Shown: one piece after another, positions 33,798 to 43,174 of the stretch
How positions within the stretch are numbered: the stretch's first letter is position 1
How the letters are laid out: every line of letters begins with the position of its first letter
IMG/VR virus record: IMGVR_UViG_3300046011_002684
Location: 1-64,000 of that record
Length of the DNA: 64,000 bases
Direction: 5' to 3' (one strand)
From: a virus
Notes under the pieces: generated by a model
Databases searched by the model: none
What the model was told of the DNA's origin: nothing
The model's input: the letters and a program-made list of their open reading frames with translations, nothing else
Program-made: the position numbers and the translations under genes

Positions 33798-34394
33798 TTA
33801 TTTTACCCAAGCACCAATCCGGCCGTGTATCTCCGGATCATGAATATATCTATATCCATCTTTCGAAAGGTCTGGACTGTTTAAACTAAACACTGGGATG
33901 TATTCTTTTATATCCGCTTGGAAATCTGGATTCCATCTCAGATGAACTTCGATTAACTTGTCACCAATATATTCACAGTTAATTTCTTTGTAGTTAACTG
34001 CAATGCCAGAGAGTCTATATGGTAGTGGAATCTTATCGTCCACCTTCACCCACTTATCCCAGCGAGTGAAGGTGTCGTTACTTTTAAACCCTTCAACAGC
34101 TAATACCTGACTTCCACAATAGTAGTCTACAGAGAGATGACGTCCTTCGAAGAACTCGCACCAGAAATAGCCATGAGGAAGATGATCTGTGCTACCATCT
34201 AACCATTTCTTTTCTGCTCCGAGACCAAGACCTTTCATATTGACACAAGGCCGGACAATATACCAACCGGGCTTAGGAACATCTATTCCTACTGGTCCAC
34301 ATACGTATCCTCTCATCTTTGATAGAATAAGTTTATCTAAAACCCACATATCATAAGGTGATACGATGTTCCATGCGTCTTCTTCTGTTCTCAT
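33798..34394 (-). CDS. hypothetical protein, possible ATP-grasp-like fold
   Basis: YIVRP, GLGLGA, CEFFEG, LIEVHLR. Confidence 0.5.
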   Translation of the reverse strand: MRTEEDAWNIVSPYDMWVLDKLILSKMRGYVCGPVGIDVPKPGWYIVRPCVNMKGLGLGAEKKWLDGSTDHLPHGYFWCEFFEGRHLSVDYYCGSQVLAVEGFKSNDTFTRWDKWVKVDDKIPLPYRLSGIAVNYKEINCEYIGDKLIEVHLRWNPDFQADIKEYIPVFSLNSPDLSKDGYRYIHDPEIHGRIGAWVK

Positions 34395-34948
34395 GCTACC
34401 TTTTGAAACCATTCTGGAATATCTCTCTTCGTCCAATCCATGGAGAAGCGATCTTGTTTTGTTTGATAGAATGCACGATACGAACCAACCGGATCGTGCG
34501 GATTAATACACTCTGGTGCTGCACCCATAGCAAGCTTGAACGGAGTAAGATAATGCACAGGAATATTACGCGGAGGCGTACGAAGTGCATCCTTAAGATC
34601 TACCCAAGACTTATGCTGTTTGCCATAACGATATTCAAACTCCTCAGCAAGTGCTTGGAAGTGCACATAATGCCAAGTATAATTATTATTAGATTCCATA
34701 GTCCACACAGTACAAGGATGACCGACATGAACTGCATTATATAGTACTGCATCACGTTCGTCCGGTAGTACCCACCCTTTAACCATAGTCTTACCAGACT
34801 TAGATGGAATCTTCGTAAGCTTACCATCTAGTACACGGTGTGCAGTAGATAGCATCTGTGCTGACTCTAGAACCATTTTTACTACATGTTTGTCGCACTG
34901 GAGTTGTGCTGCTTTTACAGGGTCTTTATCGAGAATAAAGATATTCAT
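34391..34948 (-). CDS. pyrimidine-dimer DNA glycosylase (DenV-like)
   Basis: MNIFILD.DP, DKHVVKMVLESAQML, HPCTVW, YRAFY. Confidence 0.8.
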   Translation of the reverse strand: MNIFILDKDPVKAAQLQCDKHVVKMVLESAQMLSTAHRVLDGKLTKIPSKSGKTMVKGWVLPDERDAVLYNAVHVGHPCTVWTMESNNNYTWHYVHFQALAEEFEYRYGKQHKSWVDLKDALRTPPRNIPVHYLTPFKLAMGAAPECINPHDPVGSYRAFYQTKQDRFSMDWTKRDIPEWFQKVA

Positions 34949-35017
34949 GGTGTGTATTCTATCCCGTCCTATTAATCACTTTAATATTATATCAGCGGAC
35001 TATGGATCTGTAAACCC

Positions 35018-35344
35018 CTAAAATTGCAAACCAACAACAACCCCGTATCTTTTTTCATTATTATCCGTTTCTTGAACCGGAGCTATGAAGAAGTAGTTTT
35101 TCCTCAGTCTTACCATAGGTAACACCTCTGCATCCGAATATCCTGTTACTGCACCCATTTCTAGCTCATATCCATTACCCAATCCAAATGTCTTGGAAAG
35201 ATAACCTGATACTTTTGTTTCACTATTTATGTAAGCTCCAATTGCCCATTTGCTTTCTTCTAGCTCGACGTATGGATGTATCGCGTTATAATCACCTTCT
35301 AGAAACAGGTGCAGGGTCAATGCTAACCCTGCACCTAAATCCAT
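35018..35344 (-). CDS. small exported beta-strand protein
   Basis: Hydrophobic N-terminus, GAVTGY, terminal F. Confidence 0.55.
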   Translation of the reverse strand: MDLGAGLALTLHLFLEGDYNAIHPYVELEESKWAIGAYINSETKVSGYLSKTFGLGNGYELEMGAVTGYSDAEVLPMVRLRKNYFFIAPVQETDNNEKRYGVVVGLQF

Positions 35345-35345
35345 A

Positions 35346-35555
35346 TTACCCTGCCTTTACTATTGATTCTTCGATTTCAGCTATGTGGTCGTCTAGATAT
35401 GCTTTTTTAGTTAATACTTTGTGCATTCGATCCGTTCTCCCTTGTTTTAAGTATCTATCTGCATACCAGCCCAATTGTCTTGAATCTTTTTTTAAACGCT
35501 CGATAGTTGCTGAAACCATGTGTAGTTCTCCTAAAGAAAAAGGTGCATCGTCCAA
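35346..35555 (-). CDS. hypothetical protein
   Basis: 69-aa ORF with TTG start and AAGG RBS. Confidence 0.5.
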   Translation of the reverse strand: MDDAPFSLGELHMVSATIERLKKDSRQLGWYADRYLKQGRTDRMHKVLTKKAYLDDHIAEIEESIVKAG

Positions 35556-35599
35556 AGACGTGCACCTTTTTGATTACTGTTATGTTTTTCTATCTAACT

Positions 35600-36019
35600 T
35601 CATAATAGACCTGGAAATGCTTCCCTCACTATTTCTGGTGTTAGGTCTTTTACTGGTAGGTGCTTGTTAATCATTGCACATACCAATTCCGCATCCTTTG
35701 GATGAATCGATTCAACAATTCCAAGGAATACCTTTTCGCGTTTAAAGCCCTGCATCTGACTGCCAGGTCCACCTTTTACGCAATATTTGAAATCTACATT
35801 CTTTCTAAGAAGAGTCGATGGAGCACTATGTGCTTCGCATGCAGTATATGGAACTTCACCTTTTGGAAGTAGCCATTCAATCCTAGGATCAAGTGCACCT
35901 TTTAGTAGATCCTTTAATGCCCATGACTCATTTTGTTTTAGTACTTTAATTTTTTCTTCGTGGGTACTTGCTTTTTCAAATTTATCAAATACTTCATGAA
36001 TGTCTAATTGTCTTACCAT
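35600..36019 (-). CDS. conserved T4-like phage protein
   Basis: WLLPKGEVPY...KREKVF...IHPKDAEL...EAFPGLL; adjacent to rnh. Confidence 0.7.
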   Translation of the reverse strand: MVRQLDIHEVFDKFEKASTHEEKIKVLKQNESWALKDLLKGALDPRIEWLLPKGEVPYTACEAHSAPSTLLRKNVDFKYCVKGGPGSQMQGFKREKVFLGIVESIHPKDAELVCAMINKHLPVKDLTPEIVREAFPGLL

Positions 36020-36020
36020 A

Positions 36021-36872
36021 TTAAAAAAATTCCTCTACTACTTCAACCAGGAGGCGGCATTGCTTGGAAATAAGATAGGGTAGAACCTTATTACGGGCAG
36101 GAACCTTCTGCGTTACAAATTTATTTATGATTTCTTGTTTCACAGAATCGGGACATTCAGACTCTTCTGTAAGAACAATCATCTTTTTATTACGGATATA
36201 ATTGCGGTAGACCTGCTCACCGAGTGCTTTCGGATCTTCGAGCAAAGCCGCTTTCTTCTTAGCAGACAGTGTATTCTGACGCTTACCTTCCACGAGGAAC
36301 GTATCATCGTCAGAAAGAACGTTTGGCACACCGTCACCAGAACAACCACCAAGGATCTGTTCTGCTTGATACAAGCGGGGGTTTGGGTCCTTGACGAACT
36401 TCTTAGTGACTGGGGAGAACTGCTGTACGTTATCATACTTCTGCAGTTGGATAAAGTCATGATCTGACGAGACGATCATAACCTTTTCATAGTTACCAAA
36501 TTCTTGAGTCCACTTAGCAATCTCTGCAATGGAATCGTCTGCCTCGCATCCCCATTGGTGAATAACCTTCCAAGGCATATTCTCTTTAATCTCATCGAGA
36601 ACAGTAGTGATGTTCTTAAATGCCAGATCCCAATCGATCTTAGACTCATCACGATTTTGTTTACGTTTACCTTTGTACTCAGGATAAACTTCTTTACGCC
36701 AATTACCACCAGCATCGGCGACAATAACCATTTCACCATAGTCTTTAAACTTCTGGCGATACATTCGTACAGAGTTTAGGATAATGTGACGGATAAGGTT
36801 CACATCATCATATTTGGCTTGACCCATTACGATTGGTGCAATGGCAATGCCGGAGAAGTCAAGTAAAATCAT
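36021..36872 (-). CDS. rnh: T4-type RNase H (5'-3' exonuclease)
   Basis: ILLDFS, WRK..P.YK, EADDSI, IVSSDHDFIQL, GDGVPN. Confidence 0.9.
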   Translation of the reverse strand: MILLDFSGIAIAPIVMGQAKYDDVNLIRHIILNSVRMYRQKFKDYGEMVIVADAGGNWRKEVYPEYKGKRKQNRDESKIDWDLAFKNITTVLDEIKENMPWKVIHQWGCEADDSIAEIAKWTQEFGNYEKVMIVSSDHDFIQLQKYDNVQQFSPVTKKFVKDPNPRLYQAEQILGGCSGDGVPNVLSDDDTFLVEGKRQNTLSAKKKAALLEDPKALGEQVYRNYIRNKKMIVLTEESECPDSVKQEIINKFVTQKVPARNKVLPYLISKQCRLLVEVVEEFF

Positions 36873-37084
36873 CAGTTAATCCATTTCTCAGCTATAGTGT
36901 ATGTATGTTTACATTTGCCATGCATCTTCATGCCCCAGCAATCGCAGCTTAGCCCTTTGTCGGTAAATTCAATGGTATAGACATTTCCCTTACTGCCAGG
37001 GATTTCCCATCGGCTACCGTTGGCCCAGTGGGAAATGAAGTTAATTTCTTCGGGTTTGTGGAAACGGGGGCTAAACTTGCGCAT
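36872..37084 (-). CDS. SWIM zinc-finger protein
   Basis: GSKGNVY...CDC.G.....CKH. Confidence 0.8.
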   Translation of the reverse strand: MRKFSPRFHKPEEINFISHWANGSRWEIPGSKGNVYTIEFTDKGLSCDCWGMKMHGKCKHTYTIAEKWIN

Positions 37085-37146
37085 GGCTATCTCCTATTCG
37101 TAATATGAATATATGCTATCCAGCGCTGTTTGTAAATCCCCTATTT

Positions 37147-37362
37147 CTATTTTTTAGAATTGTTTATTCGGTTTGCCTGTCGAGTTGCCCAAGCTGCTTC
37201 GAAGCCAATATCGTGAACGCCAGCTTCATGGTTTCCCCACAGGCGTTCCATATAAGAATGATAAGTCTTCTCCACGTCCTTCTCAGACCAAGATTCTGGT
37301 ATGAGCATCCCCTTTACAATCCAGTAAAATCTATTTGCTTCTTTTACCTGGTAGTCTGTCAT
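37147..37362 (-). CDS. hypothetical protein
   Basis: Overlapping ORF. Confidence 0.6.
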   Translation of the reverse strand: MTDYQVKEANRFYWIVKGMLIPESWSEKDVEKTYHSYMERLWGNHEAGVHDIGFEAAWATRQANRINNSKK

Positions 37363-37775
37363 TTTAGACTTTGGACATGGCTTCTATGGACTCTACAGTT
37401 GATGATGCCATTATAGTAACGATCATCTAACAGAACGTTTCTAGCGAACTGTTCTTTTGCCTCGAGGAATCCCATCTCGCCCTTTGATCGACAGAAGTAT
37501 AATATCTCGCGATGGAAGTTCTGTTCCCCGTGTTCGACAAGTAGCTGTTTAACAAGATCACTGGATCCGTAATAGTTTCTCCAATCGGACTCGACAACAC
37601 TTCTGCGCTTTCTGGTCTTACCTTTAAGCGGGGGTAATGTCTTTCTTGACCAGAATATCTTTTTTCCAACATACATCTTGTTGTTAGATTTATCCGTAAT
37701 GACATAGACAAATCCTACTAATTCTTTTAGATCTTCTTCAGTTGGCTCATAAGCCTCGTTTTTATAATACCACAT
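37359..37775 (-). CDS. GIY-YIG family nuclease
   Basis: GFVYVI...YVGKK, YYGSS, F.REIL, YYN. Confidence 0.82.
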   Translation of the reverse strand: MWYYKNEAYEPTEEDLKELVGFVYVITDKSNNKMYVGKKIFWSRKTLPPLKGKTRKRRSVVESDWRNYYGSSDLVKQLLVEHGEQNFHREILYFCRSKGEMGFLEAKEQFARNVLLDDRYYNGIINCRVHRSHVQSLK

Positions 37776-37812
37776 AACGTCTAATATATAACTCGTATTG
37801 TTGCTTTACGAC

Positions 37813-38352
37813 TTATATATGAGTCGAAACAAAGTCATAGGATTCTAAGAAAGAAATACTTAAAAGTACTCTATACGTATCTGCAAAGTTAGCTCCACCA
37901 TGTGGGTTTTGGGTGTTTATTAGTGCAGGCTGTCTAAGATTATAGAAATCATATTTTTCCGGCTCATAATAATATAATCTTTTACTTTTAGGTAGGCTCG
38001 TGCATTCTTCTCTTGCGGTGTAAATAAGACTAGAATTGAAATCTACTTGTATGGGTATATTAAAAGCGCAACCTCTTTTTCCATCTACGTGTGGAGGACC
38101 TAAACCCACTTTCGGATAATTTCTAATATACAATATTTCATGATAAGGGATAGGGAATTTTATTAAATCATATAGAGGATGATTAGCATTTAATCTCCAG
38201 AGATGATGATAACCATCGTCTTCTTCATATCTAAATTTAGATTCGTCTTTTAAATTTAATTCATCTTTTTCCCAATAATCAATTATTGTTTTATGTAAAT
38301 TAGGATTAATGGGAACAATTTTATACTGTGTCGTCACTATCTTCTTCTTCAT
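37813..38352 (-). CDS. cupin/2OG-oxygenase-like protein
   Basis: PHVD, AFNIPI, INTQNPH, RVLLSI. Confidence 0.55.
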   Translation of the reverse strand: MKKKIVTTQYKIVPINPNLHKTIIDYWEKDELNLKDESKFRYEEDDGYHHLWRLNANHPLYDLIKFPIPYHEILYIRNYPKVGLGPPHVDGKRGCAFNIPIQVDFNSSLIYTAREECTSLPKSKRLYYYEPEKYDFYNLRQPALINTQNPHGGANFADTYRVLLSISFLESYDFVSTHI

Positions 38353-38482
38353 CTACTAATGAGGTGTATGATTCGTAACCACACATCGGGCAATGATAGG
38401 GTTCTTTTCTACTATTGATCACTGTGACTCGGGTTTCCAAGCCACAGTGATCGCACTCTAACAAGTACTCAGCTAATCTCAA
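38321..38482 (-). CDS. 53-aa zinc-ribbon protein
   Basis: CDHC...CPMCG with acidic tail; TTG start right after the nrdA stop. Confidence 0.6.
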   Translation of the reverse strand: MRLAEYLLECDHCGLETRVTVINSRKEPYHCPMCGYESYTSLVDEEEDSDDTV

Positions 38483-40126
38483 TTAAGCCTCGCAGGACAC
38501 GCATGTCATGATATCACGAACAAGCTCTTGTGCTGGGTTTGAGGAACGTTGGTAATAGAATGTTTTCACTCCGAGTCTCCATCCTTCGATAATTAATGCG
38601 TTAACATCTTTTGCCGGAGCATCTGGTGGAATCATGAGATTTAAGCTCTGGCTCTGATCTATATATGATTGTCGAGCAGCAGCTTGTTGGACAACATTCA
38701 ACGGAGAGATTTCAGAGAAGGTCTTGAATACATCTCTTTCCTTCTGTGTAAGGAAATTAAGATGCTGTACTGAACCTTTGCGCATAAGGATAGAATCCCA
38801 TGTCTCGTCATCGTTCTTACCATGTGCTTCAAGTACTTCTACAAGGTAAGGATTCTTGTAGGTAAATACGCCCTTAGCAAGATCTTTTACGAAGTAATTC
38901 GATGCAAGAGGTTCAATAGACGGCGAGACCTGACCAAGAATAAAACTGCTACTAGTTGTAGGAGCGATAGCACAACGAGTGAGATTACGAATTCCATATC
39001 CGAGTAGTCCTTCTGGTTCACCATAGATTTCTGCCATTTCTTTCGATGCAGCAAGTGACCGTTCATCGATGAACTTGCTAATCTCTTCAGTAAGTTCAAG
39101 CGCTTCAAATGATTCGAATGGAATCATCTTGAGCTGTAGCAACGAATGCCAACCGAGCTGGCCAATACCAAGTGCCCGCCAATGTTTAGCAAATTTGTAT
39201 GCAGTTTCCATGAACTTGATGTTCTTGGTCTTACGGATATACTCCTCCATAACTGCATCAAGGAAGTAAGTCATAATCTCAACTGCATCAGTCTCTTTCC
39301 ACTCGTCCCAGGTAACTAGGTTCATAGAGGAAAGGTTACAGACAAACGTCCAGTCTTTGCTTGATGGTAGTGCAATCTCAGAGCAAAGATTCGACGCATA
39401 GATTGGATAGTTATGATCCTTTAGCACCTTCGGCTTATTGTTGTTCACCGTGTCGGTAAAGAACAGGTAAGGATAACCAGTTTCTTTACGCTTACGAAGA
39501 ACCTTAGCCCAGACTTCGCGCTTTGCTTTATCACCGGTAATCATGCTCTCCATCCACTCGTCGGTAATAGTAACACCGATAGAGATGTTCTGGATAGTAG
39601 CTCCTGGTTCACGAATCTCTAGGAATTCATTAATATCAGGATGATCGATATTGAGATAAGCAGCAAATGCGCCTCGTCGTACTGATCCCTGACTAATAAC
39701 ATCAGTGCCAGTATCATAGAGCCGAAGATAATGAATAGGTCCATCTGCTTTGCCGCCGCCTCGAATAGAGCTTCCGCGCGGGCGAAGGTCACCGAAGTAA
39801 CCAGAAGTCCCAGCACCAAGCTTCGTTTGCATACCAACTTCAGCAGTCTTTTGCAGGATCTGCTCAATAGAATCTTCTACATATACACCATTACAGGAGA
39901 TAGGTAGACCACGATCTACACCAAAGTTTGACCAGACTGGTGACGACAGGCTATAGTAACCTGCAATCATGTACTTGTAAAACTTCTTAGCAAAGCCTGG
40001 TTTATTTAAAATCTTTTCTGCAGCCTGTGCAATCTCTTCGATACGGTCTTCAGCAGACATACCCTCTTGCAAATAACCTCGAGACAAGAATAGTCTCGAA
40101 TCTTCGTTTAGCCAATCAAATGCCAT
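38483..40126 (-). CDS. nrdA: class I ribonucleotide reductase, alpha subunit (no ATP cone)
   Basis: PISC, RRGA, SNLCSEI, CNLSS, APT, DQSQS, KTFYY, terminal CVSC. Confidence 0.95.
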   Translation of the reverse strand: MAFDWLNEDSRLFLSRGYLQEGMSAEDRIEEIAQAAEKILNKPGFAKKFYKYMIAGYYSLSSPVWSNFGVDRGLPISCNGVYVEDSIEQILQKTAEVGMQTKLGAGTSGYFGDLRPRGSSIRGGGKADGPIHYLRLYDTGTDVISQGSVRRGAFAAYLNIDHPDINEFLEIREPGATIQNISIGVTITDEWMESMITGDKAKREVWAKVLRKRKETGYPYLFFTDTVNNNKPKVLKDHNYPIYASNLCSEIALPSSKDWTFVCNLSSMNLVTWDEWKETDAVEIMTYFLDAVMEEYIRKTKNIKFMETAYKFAKHWRALGIGQLGWHSLLQLKMIPFESFEALELTEEISKFIDERSLAASKEMAEIYGEPEGLLGYGIRNLTRCAIAPTTSSSFILGQVSPSIEPLASNYFVKDLAKGVFTYKNPYLVEVLEAHGKNDDETWDSILMRKGSVQHLNFLTQKERDVFKTFSEISPLNVVQQAAARQSYIDQSQSLNLMIPPDAPAKDVNALIIEGWRLGVKTFYYQRSSNPAQELVRDIMTCVSCEA

Positions 40127-40138
40127 TATATACTCCTA

Positions 40139-41107
40139 TTAAAATAAATCATCTGCTGAAATTCCTTGACCACGGGCGTAATCTACCGGACGGCCATGGA
40201 AAAAGTCAACCATATTTGAACCATAAAGTCCTTCATCAAACCATTTTGTTAGCTTAATTAATTCTTTATCATAAGTTACATTGTGTGCAAATCCAATTTG
40301 CTCTAGACTATCTACCATACGCTTTTTAATGAATTCAATAAGAATCTCACTGGAAAGACCCAGCTCTTCATAGTCACCCATGATCCAACGGATAACATCT
40401 GATTCGTATCCGATAGCTGCTTCAATCTCTTCTGCAATACGTGCTTCAAGTTCTGCATCAAACAGTTCAGGATATTCCTGACGCATTGTGTTAATCAGTT
40501 TAATACCACACTGTGCATGAAGCATCTCTTCGTTGCGAGTGTACTTCACTTGCTGTGCAGTGTCTTTTAGAATAGCTTTATTCTTATTCATATGTAAAAT
40601 AATATAGAATTGGGAGAAGAGTGAAACATTCTCCACAAACAAAGTAAACAGAGTAATAGCGTAAATATACTGCTTTCTGTCGTCTTTGTAAACCTTCTTG
40701 CTGTACTTACGGAGATATTCTACACGGCCAGCAATAATAGGATTTTCTAGATTGCGTTCAAAGATATCGGTTAGACCAAGAACATCAAGAAGCTTTTCAT
40801 ATGCCATGTTGTGAATAACTTCAGAGTTACCCATTGCATAGCCAAGATCACGAATAGATGGATGCGGTAGATTATCCCCAAGATTTGCCCAAAAGGTTTT
40901 AACGGCTACCTCGATCTGACCAATAGCCGAAAGCGCGCGCACGAGCACTTCGCGCTCGAGAGGGGTCATTTCGCTTTTAAACTGGGAGTAGTCAGAGGTA
41001 AAGTTAAATTCTTCAGGCGTCCAAAATCCGCTCCAGATAGCATCGATGAATTCTTTGGTCCAGGGATAAAGATCTGGTTTTCTTGATATTTGTTCTTGAA
41101 ATAACAT
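40139..41107 (-). CDS. nrdB: class I ribonucleotide reductase, beta subunit
   Basis: FWTPEE, EVIHNMAY, EEMLH, DFF...VDY. Confidence 0.93.
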   Translation of the reverse strand: MLFQEQISRKPDLYPWTKEFIDAIWSGFWTPEEFNFTSDYSQFKSEMTPLEREVLVRALSAIGQIEVAVKTFWANLGDNLPHPSIRDLGYAMGNSEVIHNMAYEKLLDVLGLTDIFERNLENPIIAGRVEYLRKYSKKVYKDDRKQYIYAITLFTLFVENVSLFSQFYIILHMNKNKAILKDTAQQVKYTRNEEMLHAQCGIKLINTMRQEYPELFDAELEARIAEEIEAAIGYESDVIRWIMGDYEELGLSSEILIEFIKKRMVDSLEQIGFAHNVTYDKELIKLTKWFDEGLYGSNMVDFFHGRPVDYARGQGISADDLF

Positions 41108-41276
41108 TTAACTCTCCGCATGCGAACAACACAAGCCTACTGTCCCGTGGACCAGGCTTTATTGTTCTAGGTTATTGTGATGGTTTCTTAGTAATGATAT
41201 TATATATGAAATACCGAAGCTTGTAAACCACTATATGTAGTATTATCGTAATAATTTTTTACTACATATGTAAAAT

Positions 41277-41660
41277 TTACTGGGTATTTTCTACGGTCTC
41301 TGGTTCGCCCTGTATCGCCTTTTCATAGTAGGCAATGATCTGCTTTTGTTGGAGAACGTATCTTCTTAGCTCAGCCATGCCTACTGAAAGGTTCTCATAT
41401 CCCTTTGGGGTAATAGCCATGAAGGCAACTGATCCACCAGCTGCTTCAATCTTCTTCAGGGACTCTTCCAGATTGTCCCTGTTCACCACGAACCATTCCA
41501 CTGCAGGGAAGTCTACGGGGCTAGGTGCTTGCTGAAGCATGATGTTCTGCTTCACATATTCTTTTTGTACAACGACTTCTTTGTCTGGGATTTTAAATTG
41601 GCCGCAACTACTCAGTAACAGGAGCGACAGGAATAGGATCGACAGGTGCAGTAGTTTCAT
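41277..41660 (-). CDS. o-spanin (Rz1-like) lipoprotein
   Basis: Lipobox LSSC; overlaps the 3' end of the i-spanin; YENLS...YYE. Confidence 0.72.
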   Translation of the reverse strand: MKLLHLSILFLSLLLLSSCGQFKIPDKEVVVQKEYVKQNIMLQQAPSPVDFPAVEWFVVNRDNLEESLKKIEAAGGSVAFMAITPKGYENLSVGMAELRRYVLQQKQIIAYYEKAIQGEPETVENTQ

Positions 41661-42021
41661 TCTTTAATTCCTCTCTGAGTCTATTAACAGCTCGATTAAT
41701 ACGTGCTTCTAGGTCAGCCGCATTTACCATTGCTTCCTTATTCAGGTCAATCTCACTGAATCTTTTTCTCAGTCTATTTAGGTTGCTTTCGGCCTGTTGT
41801 AGGGCAACAGTAAGCTCTTTATTTAATTTTGCTGTTCTTGCAGCATCAGCTTCCATGGAGTTAATAGTATTCTCCATAGTCTCTGCGGCTATCTGTAGCT
41901 TTGTATTATTCTCACGGAGTAATGCAATTGTAGCTTGGGTGCTATTATAATAGGCATAAGCACTATACACTACTGTACCAAATGTAGCTACAATAAACAG
42001 TAAAAGATATACTCTAATCAT
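41608..42021 (-). CDS. i-spanin (Rz-like)
   Basis: N-terminal TM followed by a long coiled coil. Confidence 0.72.
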   Translation of the reverse strand: MIRVYLLLFIVATFGTVVYSAYAYYNSTQATIALLRENNTKLQIAAETMENTINSMEADAARTAKLNKELTVALQQAESNLNRLRKRFSEIDLNKEAMVNAADLEARINRAVNRLREELKNETTAPVDPIPVAPVTE

Positions 42022-42214
42022 TTTCTTCCATATACTTTCTAAATCGTTTTAGAAGAATTGGTTGTTTCTTTTTTCTTTTGTCAACAGCAACACGAGGACC
42101 CATATTCTTTGTGTCCTGTGGAATACCTGCATCGGCTGTTGTCATCATCTCATCAACTTGATTGCATTCACCGCAGCAATCTGGGGTTCCGCAGTTAGTA
42201 TGTTTTTCTTTCAT
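42014..42214 (-). CDS. hypothetical protein with CGTPDCCGEC motif
   Basis: Coupled ORF. Confidence 0.6.
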   Translation of the reverse strand: MKEKHTNCGTPDCCGECNQVDEMMTTADAGIPQDTKNMGPRVAVDKRKKKQPILLKRFRKYMEEND

Positions 42215-42801
42215 CTGAGTAACTCCAGAGAGGTAACGTAAATCTTCTGTCTCGATCTTATATGAATCGCTTCGTAAATATTTATACCAAACATCTGTCC
42301 AACTGGCATCGCATCGTCTTCAATACGAATCTTATCATGTGGAATCATATCCACAGCTTCTGACACTTTTTCATATCTTAATTTATATACGCCAGGACTA
42401 AGCTGGCCATTCGATAGAACAAACCAGTTACTTTCCTCGATCAAGAAATCTGTAGAATCAATCCCTATTTGGGATAATCCTTTTAAAATTCTTTTCTCGG
42501 AGACTGAGTATTTTTCTTTGATAAGATATAATGCAGCTGCATAAGAGGCTAATGTGCTACCACCACCAGGAACCTTTGCCATGAGTCTTTTTATATTAAA
42601 AACTAAACGGTGGAACGGTGTATAGTAGTCTCTGTAGTTGTCACGCGCCTCAATCGTATTCATGGAATAGTCTCTATTGCGCTTTCCGTCTTTGTCGATA
42701 ATACCGACTTCATATGCTTTTGTCTTGTCAAATGGGGTGACGAGTAAAGTGAGGAATCTGAATGTATAGACTAAATCGCCTGCTTGTTTGATTAATCCCA
42801 T
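42211..42801 (-). CDS. conserved T4-like phage protein
   Basis: FRFLTLLVTPF..T.AY..GIIDKDGK, FHRLVFNIKR. Confidence 0.7.
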   Translation of the reverse strand: MGLIKQAGDLVYTFRFLTLLVTPFDKTKAYEVGIIDKDGKRNRDYSMNTIEARDNYRDYYTPFHRLVFNIKRLMAKVPGGGSTLASYAAALYLIKEKYSVSEKRILKGLSQIGIDSTDFLIEESNWFVLSNGQLSPGVYKLRYEKVSEAVDMIPHDKIRIEDDAMPVGQMFGINIYEAIHIRSRQKIYVTSLELLR

Positions 42802-43166
42802 TATATCCTCTTTAATTTTTCAATGACGTCTGGATCAGATTCTATTTCTTTTAGCTGATTCGGGCGAACATGATTTAAATATTCTAAGAAAGGCTTTATT
42901 ACCTTCCAGTGTTTAGGTTCTAATCTTAAGCCTAATAGACGTAAGGCTGCATAGTTACCAAATACATTAAAAATTACGATTGTATGATTTAGTATCAAGC
43001 GTTCGGATAGAATACCTGTTTCGATATATCTATTCACCAAACGCTTGATATATTTAAACCGCTTTAGATCATCATAAAATTCTTCAGGATCAATTTTACC
43101 CTTTGGAGAGTAATAGTGTTTCGCTGCAAATTTTACTAGATCTTCTTCTAGTAAATCATCATCCAT
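42801..43166 (-). CDS. conserved T4-like phage protein
   Basis: EEFYDDLKRFKYIKRL, ERLILNH. Confidence 0.7.
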   Translation of the reverse strand: MDDDLLEEDLVKFAAKHYYSPKGKIDPEEFYDDLKRFKYIKRLVNRYIETGILSERLILNHTIVIFNVFGNYAALRLLGLRLEPKHWKVIKPFLEYLNHVRPNQLKEIESDPDVIEKLKRI

Positions 43167-43174
43167 GAATTATC

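Noticed and set aside
37359-37775. Intron-encoded or mobile homing endonuclease
   Set aside because: Catalytic domain only, no DNA-binding extension, and nrdA and nrdB are uninterrupted.
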